From the NCBI RefSeq assembly GCF_036321535.1, contig NC_087436.1, positions 8,866,001 to 8,930,000 on the forward strand: 64,000 nucleotides of DNA, in the 5' to 3' direction. The DNA is from Camelus dromedarius. Lineage: Eukaryota. The notes beneath the pieces were generated by a model, which worked only from the letters and a program-made list of their open reading frames with translations, was not told the DNA's origin and did not search any database. The position numbers were made by a program, and so were the translations under genes. The stretch's first letter is position 1; each line of letters opens with the position of its first letter. Of this stretch, positions 52,098 through 64,000 are shown piece by piece.

Positions 52098-52730
52098 AGC
52101 TATGTAAAAGGCATAGCGCTAACTGCTGGGAATAAAACAGTAAATGAGGCGATCTGTTCCCAACCATCAGTAGGCTCACAGCTCATGTTGAAGGGACAGA
52201 TGCTTCCATACCATCAGCTAAGTGCTATTACATGCAGTCACAGGGATACAGGAAGGAATGGTACCCAGAGAGGTTAGGTGGGGCGTCAAGGATGGCTTTG
52301 AAGATCGCATACTAATTACGTTAAGGGCTTCAGGAAGCGAAGAATGGATTAAATAAAAGAGAAATGACAGTGAGGAAACCACAATGTGTGCGATGCCCTT
52401 CTGAGATGTTGAAGAGTATGTGTAGAATTTAAAACCAGGTTTGGCCGAAATGCAGAGCTAGAGGTGAAGATGGGGGCAGATGAAGTGGAACAAGTAATGA
52501 CGTTACTGTCGCCATGTTTAGTTGCTTGGATATTGTAATAAAAGCGGGGGAGGCTTGCAGAATGAAGAAATAATAGGGTTAGATTTGACTCTTTGTATCT
52601 GTCAGTCTGTACTCTGGCTTCAGGGTAGAGAACATTTCCAGGGGCGTAAAACCACAGGCAGAGAGCTGAATTAAGAGGAATTCATGTAAAAGGTAATGGT
52701 AGCATAAATCAGGGTAGTGGCACTGGGTGT
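52098..52730 (-). mobile_element. L2 remnant
   Basis: aggcatagcgctaactgctgggaataaaacagtaaa...gctcacag...gacaga; purine-rich L2 body. Confidence 0.65.
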
Positions 52731-53199
52731 TTAAAATACCCTACCCTGTGGATATATAAAAATTAATTTCACCATTCCCCTAGTTTTGTGCATTTATAGT
52801 CTGTCTGGTGAAATCTAGGAAGGAAAGAAAGTACATAATATTTCTTACAGGTATTTGCCTTCAATCTAAGTCCATCTTACAATCCAATATGCTTCAGGAT
52901 AACTTCTTTGTTCAGCGTATGGTGTGGTGTATTTGTCAATATTTGTGCTGATTCGATATCATAGCTTTTACTGTTCTGCTGCAGTATATTCTCTCTTCTT
53001 GGAAGAAATGCTAAGTGATAGTTGGGTGGCATCATTCAAATGAAAAGAAGAATTATTCTGACACTGATTCTCAAACATCGTACCCAAAATTCAGGAGACC
53101 AAGTTTTGGAAAAAAAAAAAAACATTAAGTTAGTGCTGTGTTTTTCATGGGTCATTTTTTTTACTCTTCCTTCTGGACTCTTATTAGAGAAACAATTGA

Positions 53200-53275
53200 G
53201 TATAACTGAATCGCTCTGCTGTACACCAGAAACTGACACAGCACTGTAAACCAGCTATTTTTCAATTTAAAAACA
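53200..53275 (+). mobile_element. Very short L1 3' end
   Basis: gtataactgaatcgctctgctgtacaccagaaactgacacagcactgtaaa followed by an A-rich tail. Confidence 0.88.
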
Positions 53276-53840
53276 ATAGGGGAAAATAAAAAAAAAATAA
53301 AATACACAGTAGAAATTAGAAAAGAAAAAAAAAAAGCAGCAGCTGAAGAATCTCGCAGGCCAGCTTCCTTTCATCTCAGGGAGCCTCTGGTAGTTGTCTC
53401 TCGCTTTAATTCTCTGATGATAAATGGGGTGTAATAATACTTGACAGGAAGATGGAAAAGAAAATGTATAAATACGTAGAATAAACTACTCACAGACAAT
53501 CTGATCAATGCATGTGTCTGTGGCTAAGAAATCATTTCTCCCTGGATGCAAATTTAGTTCATTCTATCCCACTGAAAAGCAATCTAACATCGTTAGTCCT
53601 TCCTCACCTGGTGAAACCGACACAGGACAGGCGAGGAGATTCAATTTCCTTCTTTAGGAGGAACTGTAATTGACATTATCTTAAATCTCAGTGGGAATGA
53701 ATTCTTTCTGCAAAGATTTCCTGCTTGATAAAAACTGTAGAAAATATTTTAAATAACTCAATTATGTATGGTTAAAATAAATGTCTTTGATAACCTTATA
53801 AAATGTACAATTTTTTAAAACAGTAGTATTTCACCTTTAC

Positions 53841-53891
53841 TTTCTTTTCTTTTTTTTATTGAAGTACAGTCGGTTACAACGTGTCAGTTTC
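53841..53891 (-). mobile_element. Very short L1 3' end
   Basis: tttttttattgaagtacagtcggttacaacgtgtcagtttc. Confidence 0.8.
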
Positions 53892-55599
53892 TTCCCCTTT
53901 GCTTTTAGTAGTTAAAATGGAATATAACAAAGGGAAAAAATAGATAATTGTTTTACTTATGAATAAATATGAAAGAGAGGCTTGAATCTAAAAATATACT
54001 GCAATGAATAGTTTTGGTTTAGTAAAAGAAGTTCGGTATTTTCTATTACAATATCAGTTCTGAAGAAGCAACAGCATCACTACCAAAATTATCTATCAGA
54101 AAAGGAATGATCTACAAGAAGTCCATATGAGAAATTTCAAAATTGTAAAGATCTTAAGTGAGTGATTGCCTCTTCTCTCTTTTCTCAAAATAAGTGGAGA
54201 ATTTGCAAATGCATTTTTCTGGTAATTCAAACTATATGGAAAACAAAAGTAGTAAGGCTATGAATGAATGAAGAAAGTACTCTCCACTGAGTACCAAAAA
54301 TTCTCTGCCCCAAATGCCAGTGATAACATCACAGTTTTATTCGATTAAATGGAGTCTCAAAAGTAATCACCCCTATGTGCACACAAAGTTCCATTTATGA
54401 AAATCCGTACTCCTCATCTGTAATAAAGCCGTCTCTTTTGTTTCTATCAATTCTGTCATTTCAGCCTTCCTATTTTACTGGAAATGTAATTGCATATATT
54501 GTTACATTGTTCTATAAGAAGTACAATAAAAGGGCACAGCTAGGAAATGGATGGTTTTGCTTAGGGATAAATCAATGATCTTTTTGGATGTAAACAGTGA
54601 ATAATAATGATGGAAAATGTCAGTGCATGTCAGAAGATAGAAGACCTTGGATGGAAGGCTGAGTTTTACTACATGTGATAACAGATCACGTTTGTTTGTT
54701 TGATCAAGGGGTTGCATCATCAAAACCGTGCAGGAGGGTGAACGCCTGTATTCAGGTGATGGAGGAAGTCAACACAGAGAAAGAAAGTGAAGACTCGTGG
54801 GAATCGGTTAGGGGGTGATGCAACAGTCACAACAGAAACAGGCAGGACTGAGGGACTGGAGGCAACGTGAGAGGCTAGCTGGCAGCAGAACGGCCGACTG
54901 GACACGACACAAACAGAGCATAGAGGCTGGGGGAGAATCCAGCCGGGTGCAACCGGATGAGAGCGCCTTTTCCAGTCCCTGACTTCCAGGAGAAGTGGTT
55001 TACCTCACCCCTCCCTCACTGTTACCTGCTCCGCTCACTCTGGAGAAGTAGAGTTCTTCACCTTGTTTGTGAATTTACGAAGTTCAGCTCAGCAAACCCC
55101 TCACAGCCCCTCTCAGTTTTTCCTTGAAAGTTGCCCATCTGCCAGCAGAGAGCCAACTCAGCCACTGCTCAGGACCTTGGATTCCGCTGGAGAAAGGCTT
55201 CCACGCTGCTGGGATGGGATTGGCTCATTCTGTGGTCAAGATTAAGACCATCAGGCTCACAAACATCAAGCCGTGTCTTCTTTGATTTATCAGTGGGATT
55301 AAAAAGACCCTCTGCTTGTTTGTTGTTGTTGAAATTTGCTATAACTCAAGTGGGGAATAGTGGTCCTATTTAGCTGAAATAGGACTCCCCTAAAGATTCC
55401 GAGAGCAACATCAACTTTTGTTTTTCTGTATGCTAGCTTGACATTGAACAAAGTATTTCTTACTGTCTTTCAGAAAGAGTATAGCTGAGATCCTGAAGCT
55501 TTTAACCCAACAGTTTCGTGGAATCCTGGGGCACTAGGAGAGTCCCTGACTATGTTATGAGAAGTAACATGCGTTCTGAAATTGGGCTGAAGTTTGAAG

Positions 55600-55815
55600 T
55601 TATTCATAGCTTTGAGTCAGGTAGACCAGACTTCAAATCCCATCCCTGACTCTAACTGTGTCACTATTGACAAGCCATCTAAGGCACGTGAAGCTCAGTT
55701 TACCCATCTGTATAATTGGGAGATGATGTCTCACTCAAAAGGTGTTGTGAGGATTAAAAGACAGAAGCACGGCACTGATTCCAGGCATAGAGATTAAAGA
55801 CGGTGATATTAATAA
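55600..55815 (+). mobile_element. MIR SINE
   Basis: gctttgagtcaggtagacc...ttcaaatccc...ctcagtttacccatctgtataattggg...gttgtgaggattaaa. Confidence 0.85.
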
Positions 55816-55885
55816 TGAACAGAAGGCACCAAGCTGAATGTTGGAGGCAAATTAAGAAGTTAGTGCAATACATCAGAGTGAAATT

Positions 55886-55939
55886 ATTTTTTTTTTATTG
55901 AAGTATATAGTCAGTTACCATGTGTCAATTTCTGATGTA
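55886..55939 (-). mobile_element. Very short L1 3' end
   Basis: ttttttattgaagtatatagtcagttaccatgtgtcaatttctgatgta. Confidence 0.85.
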
Positions 55940-58267
55940 TTAGCAAGGGTGACTATTGAGTTCAATTTAAGTTGTACTGTGTTTGTAATTTTGGTGGAAT
56001 ATCTCAGAACAGATTTGCACCAACGCAACATCGGGTCAAGGGTGGAATGTCACAGGAACCACAGATACACAAGAGATGCATGGAGCCACATGGCGATGAC
56101 ACTGAAACCTATGGATTTATACAAGTGGACCAAGAGAATGAGCAAAACGTGAGATGAGAATCAACGTTTTTCCCTGGAGAAGACTTACATCTACTAAGTG
56201 GAAAACGAGAAAGAAAAGCCAACTAAACAACAATAACAAACAGGTCAGGGGAGAACCACAAAGCAACAGATCCCTGGAAAGCAAGATGAGAGAGTGTCAA
56301 ATATGAAAAGGTGATCAAGAGACTTTAAATACTTCAGCAAGAGCGATCATGGTTAGCACGATGGGTGAAGTTCAAGTATTCTTCATCTCATTTAAAATTA
56401 ATAGGTGTTCTCAAGATTATTGTACAATTTGTAAACAGGCTACAAAAATATTTGGTGGAAATCACAGGTTAAAGAATAACACTATGAATTACCTATAAAA
56501 ATAAAATAGAAGCATGCTTTCAATAATGTGCAAATGATTTTTTTTCTCATTCATTAATCAAATTGTAACCTCAGTAAATTATTTTAAATCCTCTTTTATT
56601 ATCATACATCAGGATGTCAGAAGTCATGACAAGAGACAGAAGCAATGAAATACTGCCTTGTTACTGTAATGTTACCATACCCTCATTTGTTTTCATTACA
56701 AGATATTTCCATAGTCTTTCCAAAATTATGAGCCCACTCTGCTCTAATTTGAATCACAAGTGGAAAAAAATAGGCTCTTTTGACGTCTGAAGATGCCCTT
56801 TCTCTTTAGCTGCTGTACTGAGTTGAATTTTACCATCTCCAAACTGCAACAGCACATCTCAAGTTCCTTTGCCTGAAACACATTGAACACAAATAGGAAA
56901 TCTTTCCTAAGAACAGCTGATGGACACTTACTTCTAACTATTGCATCTTTCTTCTCTAGTCCATGATGTGAGATTTTTCCCCCTACACTGTATAATTCAG
57001 AGAAAATAATTTAGTTCGAGAAAGGGTAGACTGCTGCTCACTGAGGCAAATTATTTTCCGTATTCTACATAATCCCAGAAATTCTGGCTACTGGAGTAAG
57101 TTCTGCTAGTTCATACAGGACCCGAAGGAGATTCTGGAGTCAGGGTTAGTGTATCCCCAGAATGATGGTTCCCTTTTAAAAATTACATCCCAGACCTTTT
57201 CAACGCTGTATGTAATAAGGCTTCTATACCCCCAACTCTGTTTTCTCTAGGATGGCAGACAGTTTTTGCAGAATTTCCTTCTGGAAATTTACGAGAATTC
57301 TTCTTTTTTAAAATGAAACACAAAACTCTCTTGCCTCCTCCTTAAAACTCATTCTGCTCTTGGCGTCTATGACACATGACTTTCCTGGTTTTCCTCCTTT
57401 CTCTCTCCAGACCTAGATACGAATAACCGGTATCACTGGGATGTTCCACAGGCGTTTCAGTTTTCCGTGTCGATGCTTCATAGTGTTCAAAACTGAACAC
57501 ATAGTATTTTTAGGAAGGAGTATCATATTCTTAGTTGCACATAAAAGAAGTTCTCGAGGTTTTACTCATTTTCTCTTCTTCCTAATCTCACGCAGACTCA
57601 GAGTTTCATCATCCCCGACTCCACCCCCAGTGCCAACAGCCTCGCTCAAATCTCCATCCTCTATTAGCCATCAGTGGGTTTCTAATTAGTCTCTTTAATT
57701 CTCTAATTTTCTCTCTTATGTTCTTCCAACCTGTTGTGTCACCTAATACTAGAGTGATCTTTATTTTTAAAAAAACCTTTCAGCTTGCTCATTGAAAACA
57801 TTGTAGTCTCTGCTGATTGCACTTAGAATAATATCTTAAATACTTTCCCCGAACTAGCAGGCTTTTTATGACTTTGCCTTTGCCGGTTCCTACAACTTTA
57901 ATGCAAACTTGGAAGCTCACTTCACTTCACTTGCATTGTTGCCTGTGTGCTTTGTTTCCATTCTTCATTCAGTTCTTCAAATCTAACCCCTCAAACTTTT
58001 TCTATGGTTTCAGCTCCTTAAGACAGAGCCTGGGCATGTTCAAAATTTTGACACCCTGCACATTTTATCTAAACAACGAGTGTATTATTCAGAGGAGCCT
58101 GAACATCAGTTGCCATTCAATGAAATTATATCTTTTGATGATAAAATTAAAGTATAAAATCTATTTAATCTACATTTTTTCTTCCTATACCATAAAGTCT
58201 TTCTCTATAACTTTGTAAAGCAAGTTGTTATCTGTGGCCAGATAGGACTCATACAGCAGCAGCTCAC

Positions 58268-58390
58268 CTTGCAAAATATTGCAGCTGGGAAAATGAAGGA
58301 ACAAAAGAAGCCTGGGGATTTGGTGAATTTTACATTGCTTCATTTGCATTATGCAATTAAATGGCATCTTTTTCACCTTCTCTTTGAGCT
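58268..58390 (-). other. Candidate exon (123 nt, or a 17-nt microexon at 58268-58284)
   Basis: Donor CAAG|gtgagc; acceptors cttcttttgttccttcattttcccag (17-nt form) and tcttctcttcttgaaag (123-nt form). Confidence 0.3.
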
Positions 58391-59639
58391 CTTTCAAGAA
58401 GAGAAGACCATGAAAGCAAGCATTCCATGTGATTTATAGTAGACGAATAAAATGCCTTCTCTCCCTCTCCTCCTTGCCTCTGGAAATATCTAAGTTTATA
58501 TTTAATTCAGAAGAAGAGAGATTGAAATAGAATGAAGTATTCTGGGCTACCAGTCTCAATCTCAACCTTTTGCTTTATCATTTGAGGACATTTATCAAGT
58601 GGCCTTAATTCCACAATATACATTTAATATTTGTACACACGTTCACTGTGTGTTACACACCATGATTATATTTGCATGCTACTCAACATCTTGAAATTGT
58701 CCTTTAACTAAAATGTGTTTCCCTAAATTGGTCATACGCTCTTTTGAAATTAATGCCCTAAGTAATACAAGGTATTAATTATTTAATTTGCCAATGTCTC
58801 AAGTCATTAATTACTAATTAATGTAATGAGCACTTTCTGTATGACAGACACACAGATATTTGAGTAAATTATGCAGGCAACTTAAAAATAAGGAAATACA
58901 AATATTTTAAACATGTCTGGAAATTATGTTCAACTTTGAAACTAATCAAATACATTCAAAATTTTATATATATTTTCTATATAATTATTTGGATATTAAA
59001 TAAACTGAAAAATAATAGAGTTCATGCTTGACAGGGCCAAAAGTAAATGGCATATTTAAATATTACTTGTGTGAAAATCACTTAGTAAAATTCTTTATGA
59101 AAGAAAGAAAGCAATATATAATAGGAGTGTGAAATAGCCACAAACTTTGGTTTAAACCAAGTAATGAGACCATGTGCTTAGGAAAGAACTGAAAATACAA
59201 AAAAACCCAAAAAACAAAAACAAAAACAAAACACACATTAGAAGATGGTTACTTCAGGGTTTCTCAGTGCAAAAATTAGAAAAAGTTGACCAATAGGGAT
59301 TTGCATATATTACAGTGCAAAGTGAGAGAAACGTGGTACAAATTTCTGCTTATACTATTGCTCACAATTACATTATATAAATAAAAACTGCATTGAAAAA
59401 GGATCAAGGTAACTAACCCAAAATTTAATCAATTTATATATTTTTAGAATAGCACAATTTTAACTAAAATAGATTTTTGCTTTAAATTGGAGAGAGTGAG
59501 TTAAATAAACATAGTGTTCGAAATGAAACAAGAAAAACATCTTGAAGCTGGTCTTCTGTTTCTCCCATTCTACACGTTATCCTCAGTCCTGGCACCATAT
59601 TAACCCTCTTCTGCTTTCCAGAGCGGCTCTCTCTCTCTC

Positions 59640-60030
59640 TCTCTGGTATTTCTTTTTCAGTGCACTTTACCCATTACATGGTCAAGCCAAAACCTTAGGT
59701 GTCACCTTCTTTCTTTTACTATTTCAAATCAGTTATCACCGTTTGTAGATCTAATTTTCTCAATCTCTCTAGAACTTGACTTTTTCTTAAAACCACCAAT
59801 GCAGTTTTAGTTTAACTGGCCATCATCTTTCACCCAGTCCTGTCTGAACCCACTTATTCTTTGGACTCAAGGATGTCCCACCTCCCTCAGGAATCTAGTT
59901 TCCACAATATTGTCAAAGTGATTTTTTTTTAACAACTTGGTATGTTGTTATTAATTTTTGGTCATCTTCTTTCAATGACTCCTTATCATGAACTAGTTAC
60001 TACCTAAATCATTAGCACGATGTCAGTGGT
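59640..60030 (+). mobile_element. L2 remnant
   Basis: tcaagccaaaaccttaggtgtcacc...catcatctttcacc...ccacaatattgtcaaagtgatttt. Confidence 0.6.
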
Positions 60031-60138
60031 TGTGTATTCGACCACTTTAGGCAACTTCCTCAAAAAAAAACCCTAAACTTATTATAATTTCTTAATGCCA
60101 CACTCTCTCACAGGGTGTTCATTGGGAAGCGCTTGGTC

Positions 60139-60413
60139 TTATAAGCATAGGCATGGCTGTTGGTGCCCCAGAAGAATCACAGTAGTAACACGAGCGATCA
60201 ATGACCACAGGTCACCATAACAGATATGTAATAATGAAAAGTCTGAAATATTGTGAAATTACCGAAATGTGACACAGAGACTCAAAGGGAGTAAATGATA
60301 TTGGAAAAATGGTGCTGACAGACTTGCAAGGATGCTATAAACCTACAATTCATAAATAATGTAATATCTGTGAAGCACAATAGAGCAGAGCACAGTGAAA
60401 TGGGCGATGCATG
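60139..60413 (-). mobile_element. Tigger1 (TcMar) 5' terminal fragment
   Basis: caccataacagata...aaatgtgacacagagac...ttggaaaaatggtgctgacagacttgc...atctgtgaagcacaata is the reverse complement of the recalled Tigger1 left end. Confidence 0.9.
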
Positions 60414-62869
60414 TGTGTGCACACACTGTATCAATTCTGCAAGTTCTATTTAATCTTAAAAGCTGCTTGTTTTATAGGCTTTTGTTTATCATATGTTTAA
60501 CAACATTTCTTTTCTTTATATATGTGGAAGCACTTATTTAATATTATGTATCTATAGGCATGATTCATCTATTTGTTGTTTTCTTTGTTCTCACTTAGGA
60601 TTTTTGTTAGATTACCTGAAAAATGATCTTTTGTTAGGAGTTGTATTCAATGAAACTTTTTTATTTTTTCCTGTGGAACTGCACAGAGCTGTAAGGTTAC
60701 AGTTTGTTTGGAAAGAAAACCTTTGTATTGTTTGCTTTGCCCTGGTGCCTGCTGGGGCGCTATCATCCCAAATCCCATTTAAAATAAAATCACTGTATGA
60801 GGTTTTACATATTGTGGCTGTCATGTGAATTTAGCCCAAATCTCAGTGGAGGAACAGCTTGTCACTTTTATTTTTAAGAGTGTTTTCACAATTGAGATAG
60901 ACAACGATGGCTTCCTCTGAAAGTAGACTGATCTCTATTTCATTGAGGTCATGGCTTTTGAAAGTCTCAGTGTTAGGCAGAAGCATTCTGTCAGATTCTC
61001 CTTTTTACATGATTTTTTTTTGCCTAAAATAACTGAAAATACGCAAGCTCAGTATCTTCAGGTTTGGCCAATACTTGCTGGTAAGCTAGTGGTTTCAGAG
61101 GCTATGTACAATGTGGGGTTCCACCACGACCTTGCTCTTGACCTCTCAAGATTACCGTCTTTTTTGTCATTTAACTGATTGATTTTCTGAAGCGCTTTGG
61201 GTTTTAAGTGACATTTGGTGATGTAATGTTTCCTTCTGGATGATTGTTTATGTTATTTACTGCATCATACAGTCACAGCTGGAAGTCATTCTTTTTCTAT
61301 TTTAGAAAATATTTATTTTATATATACTTCTTATTTCTGGTATAGCACTGCTCATAAAACTACAAAGATAAAAAATTTGTTATAAATTAATTGTAAATTA
61401 AATATTTTAATAAAAAACAAAAATTTTAGACATACATGCAAGCAAAAATAACAGTCCTATTCCTTGAATGACGTATAAAATATGAAAAGTGGGCCTTGAA
61501 TTATTAAATAAATTGTCAAAAACATTCTTAATGACACTTTTCTAGGCCAACTTTATGGCTCTATATTCAATATTTTATAGACTATATATACATCATTTAA
61601 ATAATTTTTTGCATGCATTTTCTAGTTATCATCAGGAGGAAATATTACAGTATGCTTAATCAATGAAGAAAGATTAAATAGAGAAGAAAATTTCAAGTGA
61701 CAATTAGGGTAGCACTGTGCCTTTGTACCACATTCATGTATTTTGGGTCAATAATCATCTCTCTTTGAATTGCATTCAAGGGCAGCTATAGTGCATATCT
61801 TAAGTCCTAACTAAAACCAAAAATGGTCATGCTATTAATACAGAGTTAAACTGTATTTTTTTTAAGTGGCTAGTAATCAAATGTTCATTTTTCAGTAATT
61901 TAAATGTTTTCAAAAATTAAGGTATTTATTTTATTAAAATTTTTGCAATAAAAGCATCATAACTCCTTACATATATTACTGCAAAAAGTACAAAATGTAT
62001 ATAAATAAGAAACATGTACTGGTGTGTTTATATTTATATTTAGATATAATTAGACTGTTAAAAGATTAACAAAGTATATATTTACCTAATAAGTGAGAAA
62101 ATAATTCTATCATCTTTAAAATAAAAATTTAAATTTTGTATACTCTTTCTAAAAATTTTGTTTAACTAATATTCTTCTCTTATGTACACTTACTAAACAT
62201 TCAATCCAATGTTCAGTTTTAAGTGCATACATAGTTTTATTTAAACATCCATCTATATTTATACAGATTTATGAATCTATTTATAATTCTATATTCAGGA
62301 GTAATATGAGTTCTCTTTTTTTCTTTCCCTTCTCTTTCCCAGCTTGGTTGAGATTATGTGAATAGTGGGTAAACACATGCATTCCAGCAGATGAACTGAG
62401 AAGCTCAAAGCCAAGAAGTAATCATGATTTTGCAGACATTATTGGGCGTTACTTTTACTTGAGCAGTACTAACTTCCTCAGGGCTTCAGCTGATAGTTTA
62501 CACAAAGAATGTCACAGAGGAGGTGCTTGTATGACCTCATGATTTTGATCAACACATACAGCCTAAACTCTATAAAGGAAATCTCTTTCTGGTTTACTCA
62601 CAGTTTGCATCTCCCTCAAACTAGGAGACCCAACAAATAAGGACATATGTTTTAAAACTTAGAAGAAAAGACAAAAGGACTATGAAATTCCAGATAAAGG
62701 GAAAAAAATAACAATAAGGATAATAGGGCTCTGATTATAAAATGTGAAATAAAATGTCCTAGCTGAAACATGAAAAGGGAAATGTCAAGTTTACTGATAT
62801 ATTATTATTCCTGAAAAAAATATCATTTTATTCAATTTAAATATTCATTCCTTTGTTCTGTCCTTTTTT

Positions 62870-63335
62870 ATCTGCAAATCACAAACTTCTAATTTATTCT
62901 CCACTCCCTCCCACTTTTCCCTTTGGTAACCATAAATTTGTTTTCCATGTCTATTAGTCTGTTTCTGCCTTGTAAATAAGTTAATTTAGATTTTTTTTTA
63001 GATTCCACACATAACTGATGTTATATGATATTTGTCTTTCTCTGTCTGACTTAATTCACAGAATGACAATCTCTAGGTCCATCCATGTTGCTGCAGATGG
63101 CATTATTTCATTCCTTTTTACAGCTGAATAGTATGCCATTGCATAAATATACCACAGCTTCTTTATCCAGTCATCTGTCAATGGGCATTAAGGTCGTTTC
63201 CATGTCTTGACTGTTGTAAATAGCGCTGCTATGAACATTGGGGTGCAGGTATCTTTTCAAATTACAGTTTTCTCTGGATATGTGCCCAGGAGTAGAATTT
63301 CTGGATTATATGGTAACTCAACTTGTAGTTTTTTC
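62870..63335 (-). mobile_element. L1 fragment (ORF2 end and proximal 3'UTR)
   Basis: ccctttggtaaccataa...ctctaggtccatccatgttgctgcagatggc...gctgctatgaacattggggtgca. Confidence 0.93.
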
Positions 63336-63539
63336 ATATAAAGTCCTTTGAATATCAAATTTAAGTGAAATAGTGATAACAAATTCTAGAAATTTTCTCT
63401 TGATCTAAAACCTCATTTAATTTTTCCATCCATTGTTTGACATGGATATTATCATCCTAAGCTTATAGATAATACCACTGAGCTAAGAAATTTACATTTC
63501 TGGTGGTTATTAATCTTTCCTGCAACTATGACCTTTTTC

Positions 63540-64000
63540 CTACATATTAGATTTGTACTTTGAAATGCCCAATCAAAATCTCCACTTACAGCTTTAATAC
63601 TCACTCTAAAAGGCAATACGGGAGCCTTCCCCCTTTTCTGAACTTCCTCTTCTTCAGTCTTTCCTCAGTCAAAAAATGGCTGATTTCTGAAAATTTGGTG
63701 TTGTCTTTGATGTCTTTCACTTCAGTGCTTTGACTCTATCTTTGTCCCACCCTGCCCTCACTGGCAGACTAACAGCACATGACATTGGACTTCCCTACAG
63801 AGTACATTCTGAATCCAAGAACTTGCCTCACCTCCCCCACTGTCACAGTGCATTAGTGTCACAGCATCACCTCTGAGCTAGTGCTTTGCCACTTTAATAG
63901 CCTCAAACCTGAGCCCCTCTCTTTTACTCCCCTCATACTGCAAAGTCTTCATCACACTGGAGCCAGAGTGATTGTTTTGAAATATGAATCTGTTCATGGT
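63540..64000 (+). mobile_element. L2 remnant, runs off the window
   Basis: aatctccactt...atagcctc...ctgcaaagtc...cacactggagccagagtgat...aaatatgaatctg. Confidence 0.65.

Noticed and set aside
51828..52277. Longest ORF in the window (149 aa)
   Set aside because: GTG start, composition typical of non-coding AT-rich DNA, and its 3' part lies in an L2 remnant.
54700..55330. GC-richer stretch with several short ORFs
   Set aside because: Could not be assigned; possibly an old LTR remnant, with no supportable gene or motif structure.
1..64000. Prokaryotic-type system (CRISPR array, operon, defence island)
   Set aside because: The sequence is mammalian and repeat-rich, with no regularly spaced repeats and no long ORFs.

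Overview
This is AT-rich (roughly 35% GC, estimated by eye) mammalian nuclear DNA, not prokaryotic. Four tRNA(Ala)-derived Vic-1-type SINE copies plus one SINE tail fragment and camelid-type L1 3' ends point to a camelid (alpaca, llama or camel). No protein-coding gene, RNA gene or CRISPR array can be recognised; the window looks intronic or intergenic. Most ORFs in the track are L1 ORF2 or 3'UTR remnants or chance ORFs. The recognisable content is layered transposon debris: MIR, L2, MER5, MER58A, Tigger1, MLT1 and ERV1 solo LTRs, L1MB/L1MA9, and younger lineage L1s with target-site duplications (TSDs). Repeat family names come from recalled consensus sequences, not a database search. The most interesting structures are: a twin-primed inverted L1 hosting a SINE with about 75 bp of extra 3' sequence inside its TSDs (7270-7974); unannotated candidate exons on both strands in repeat-free islands (2111-2355, 34827-34904, 47064-47230, 58268-58390); a CpG-retaining promoter-like islet near 28.5 kb; and a perfect 15-bp hairpin at 48715-48752. 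I see no demonstrable novel system; the exon and regulatory calls are hypotheses.
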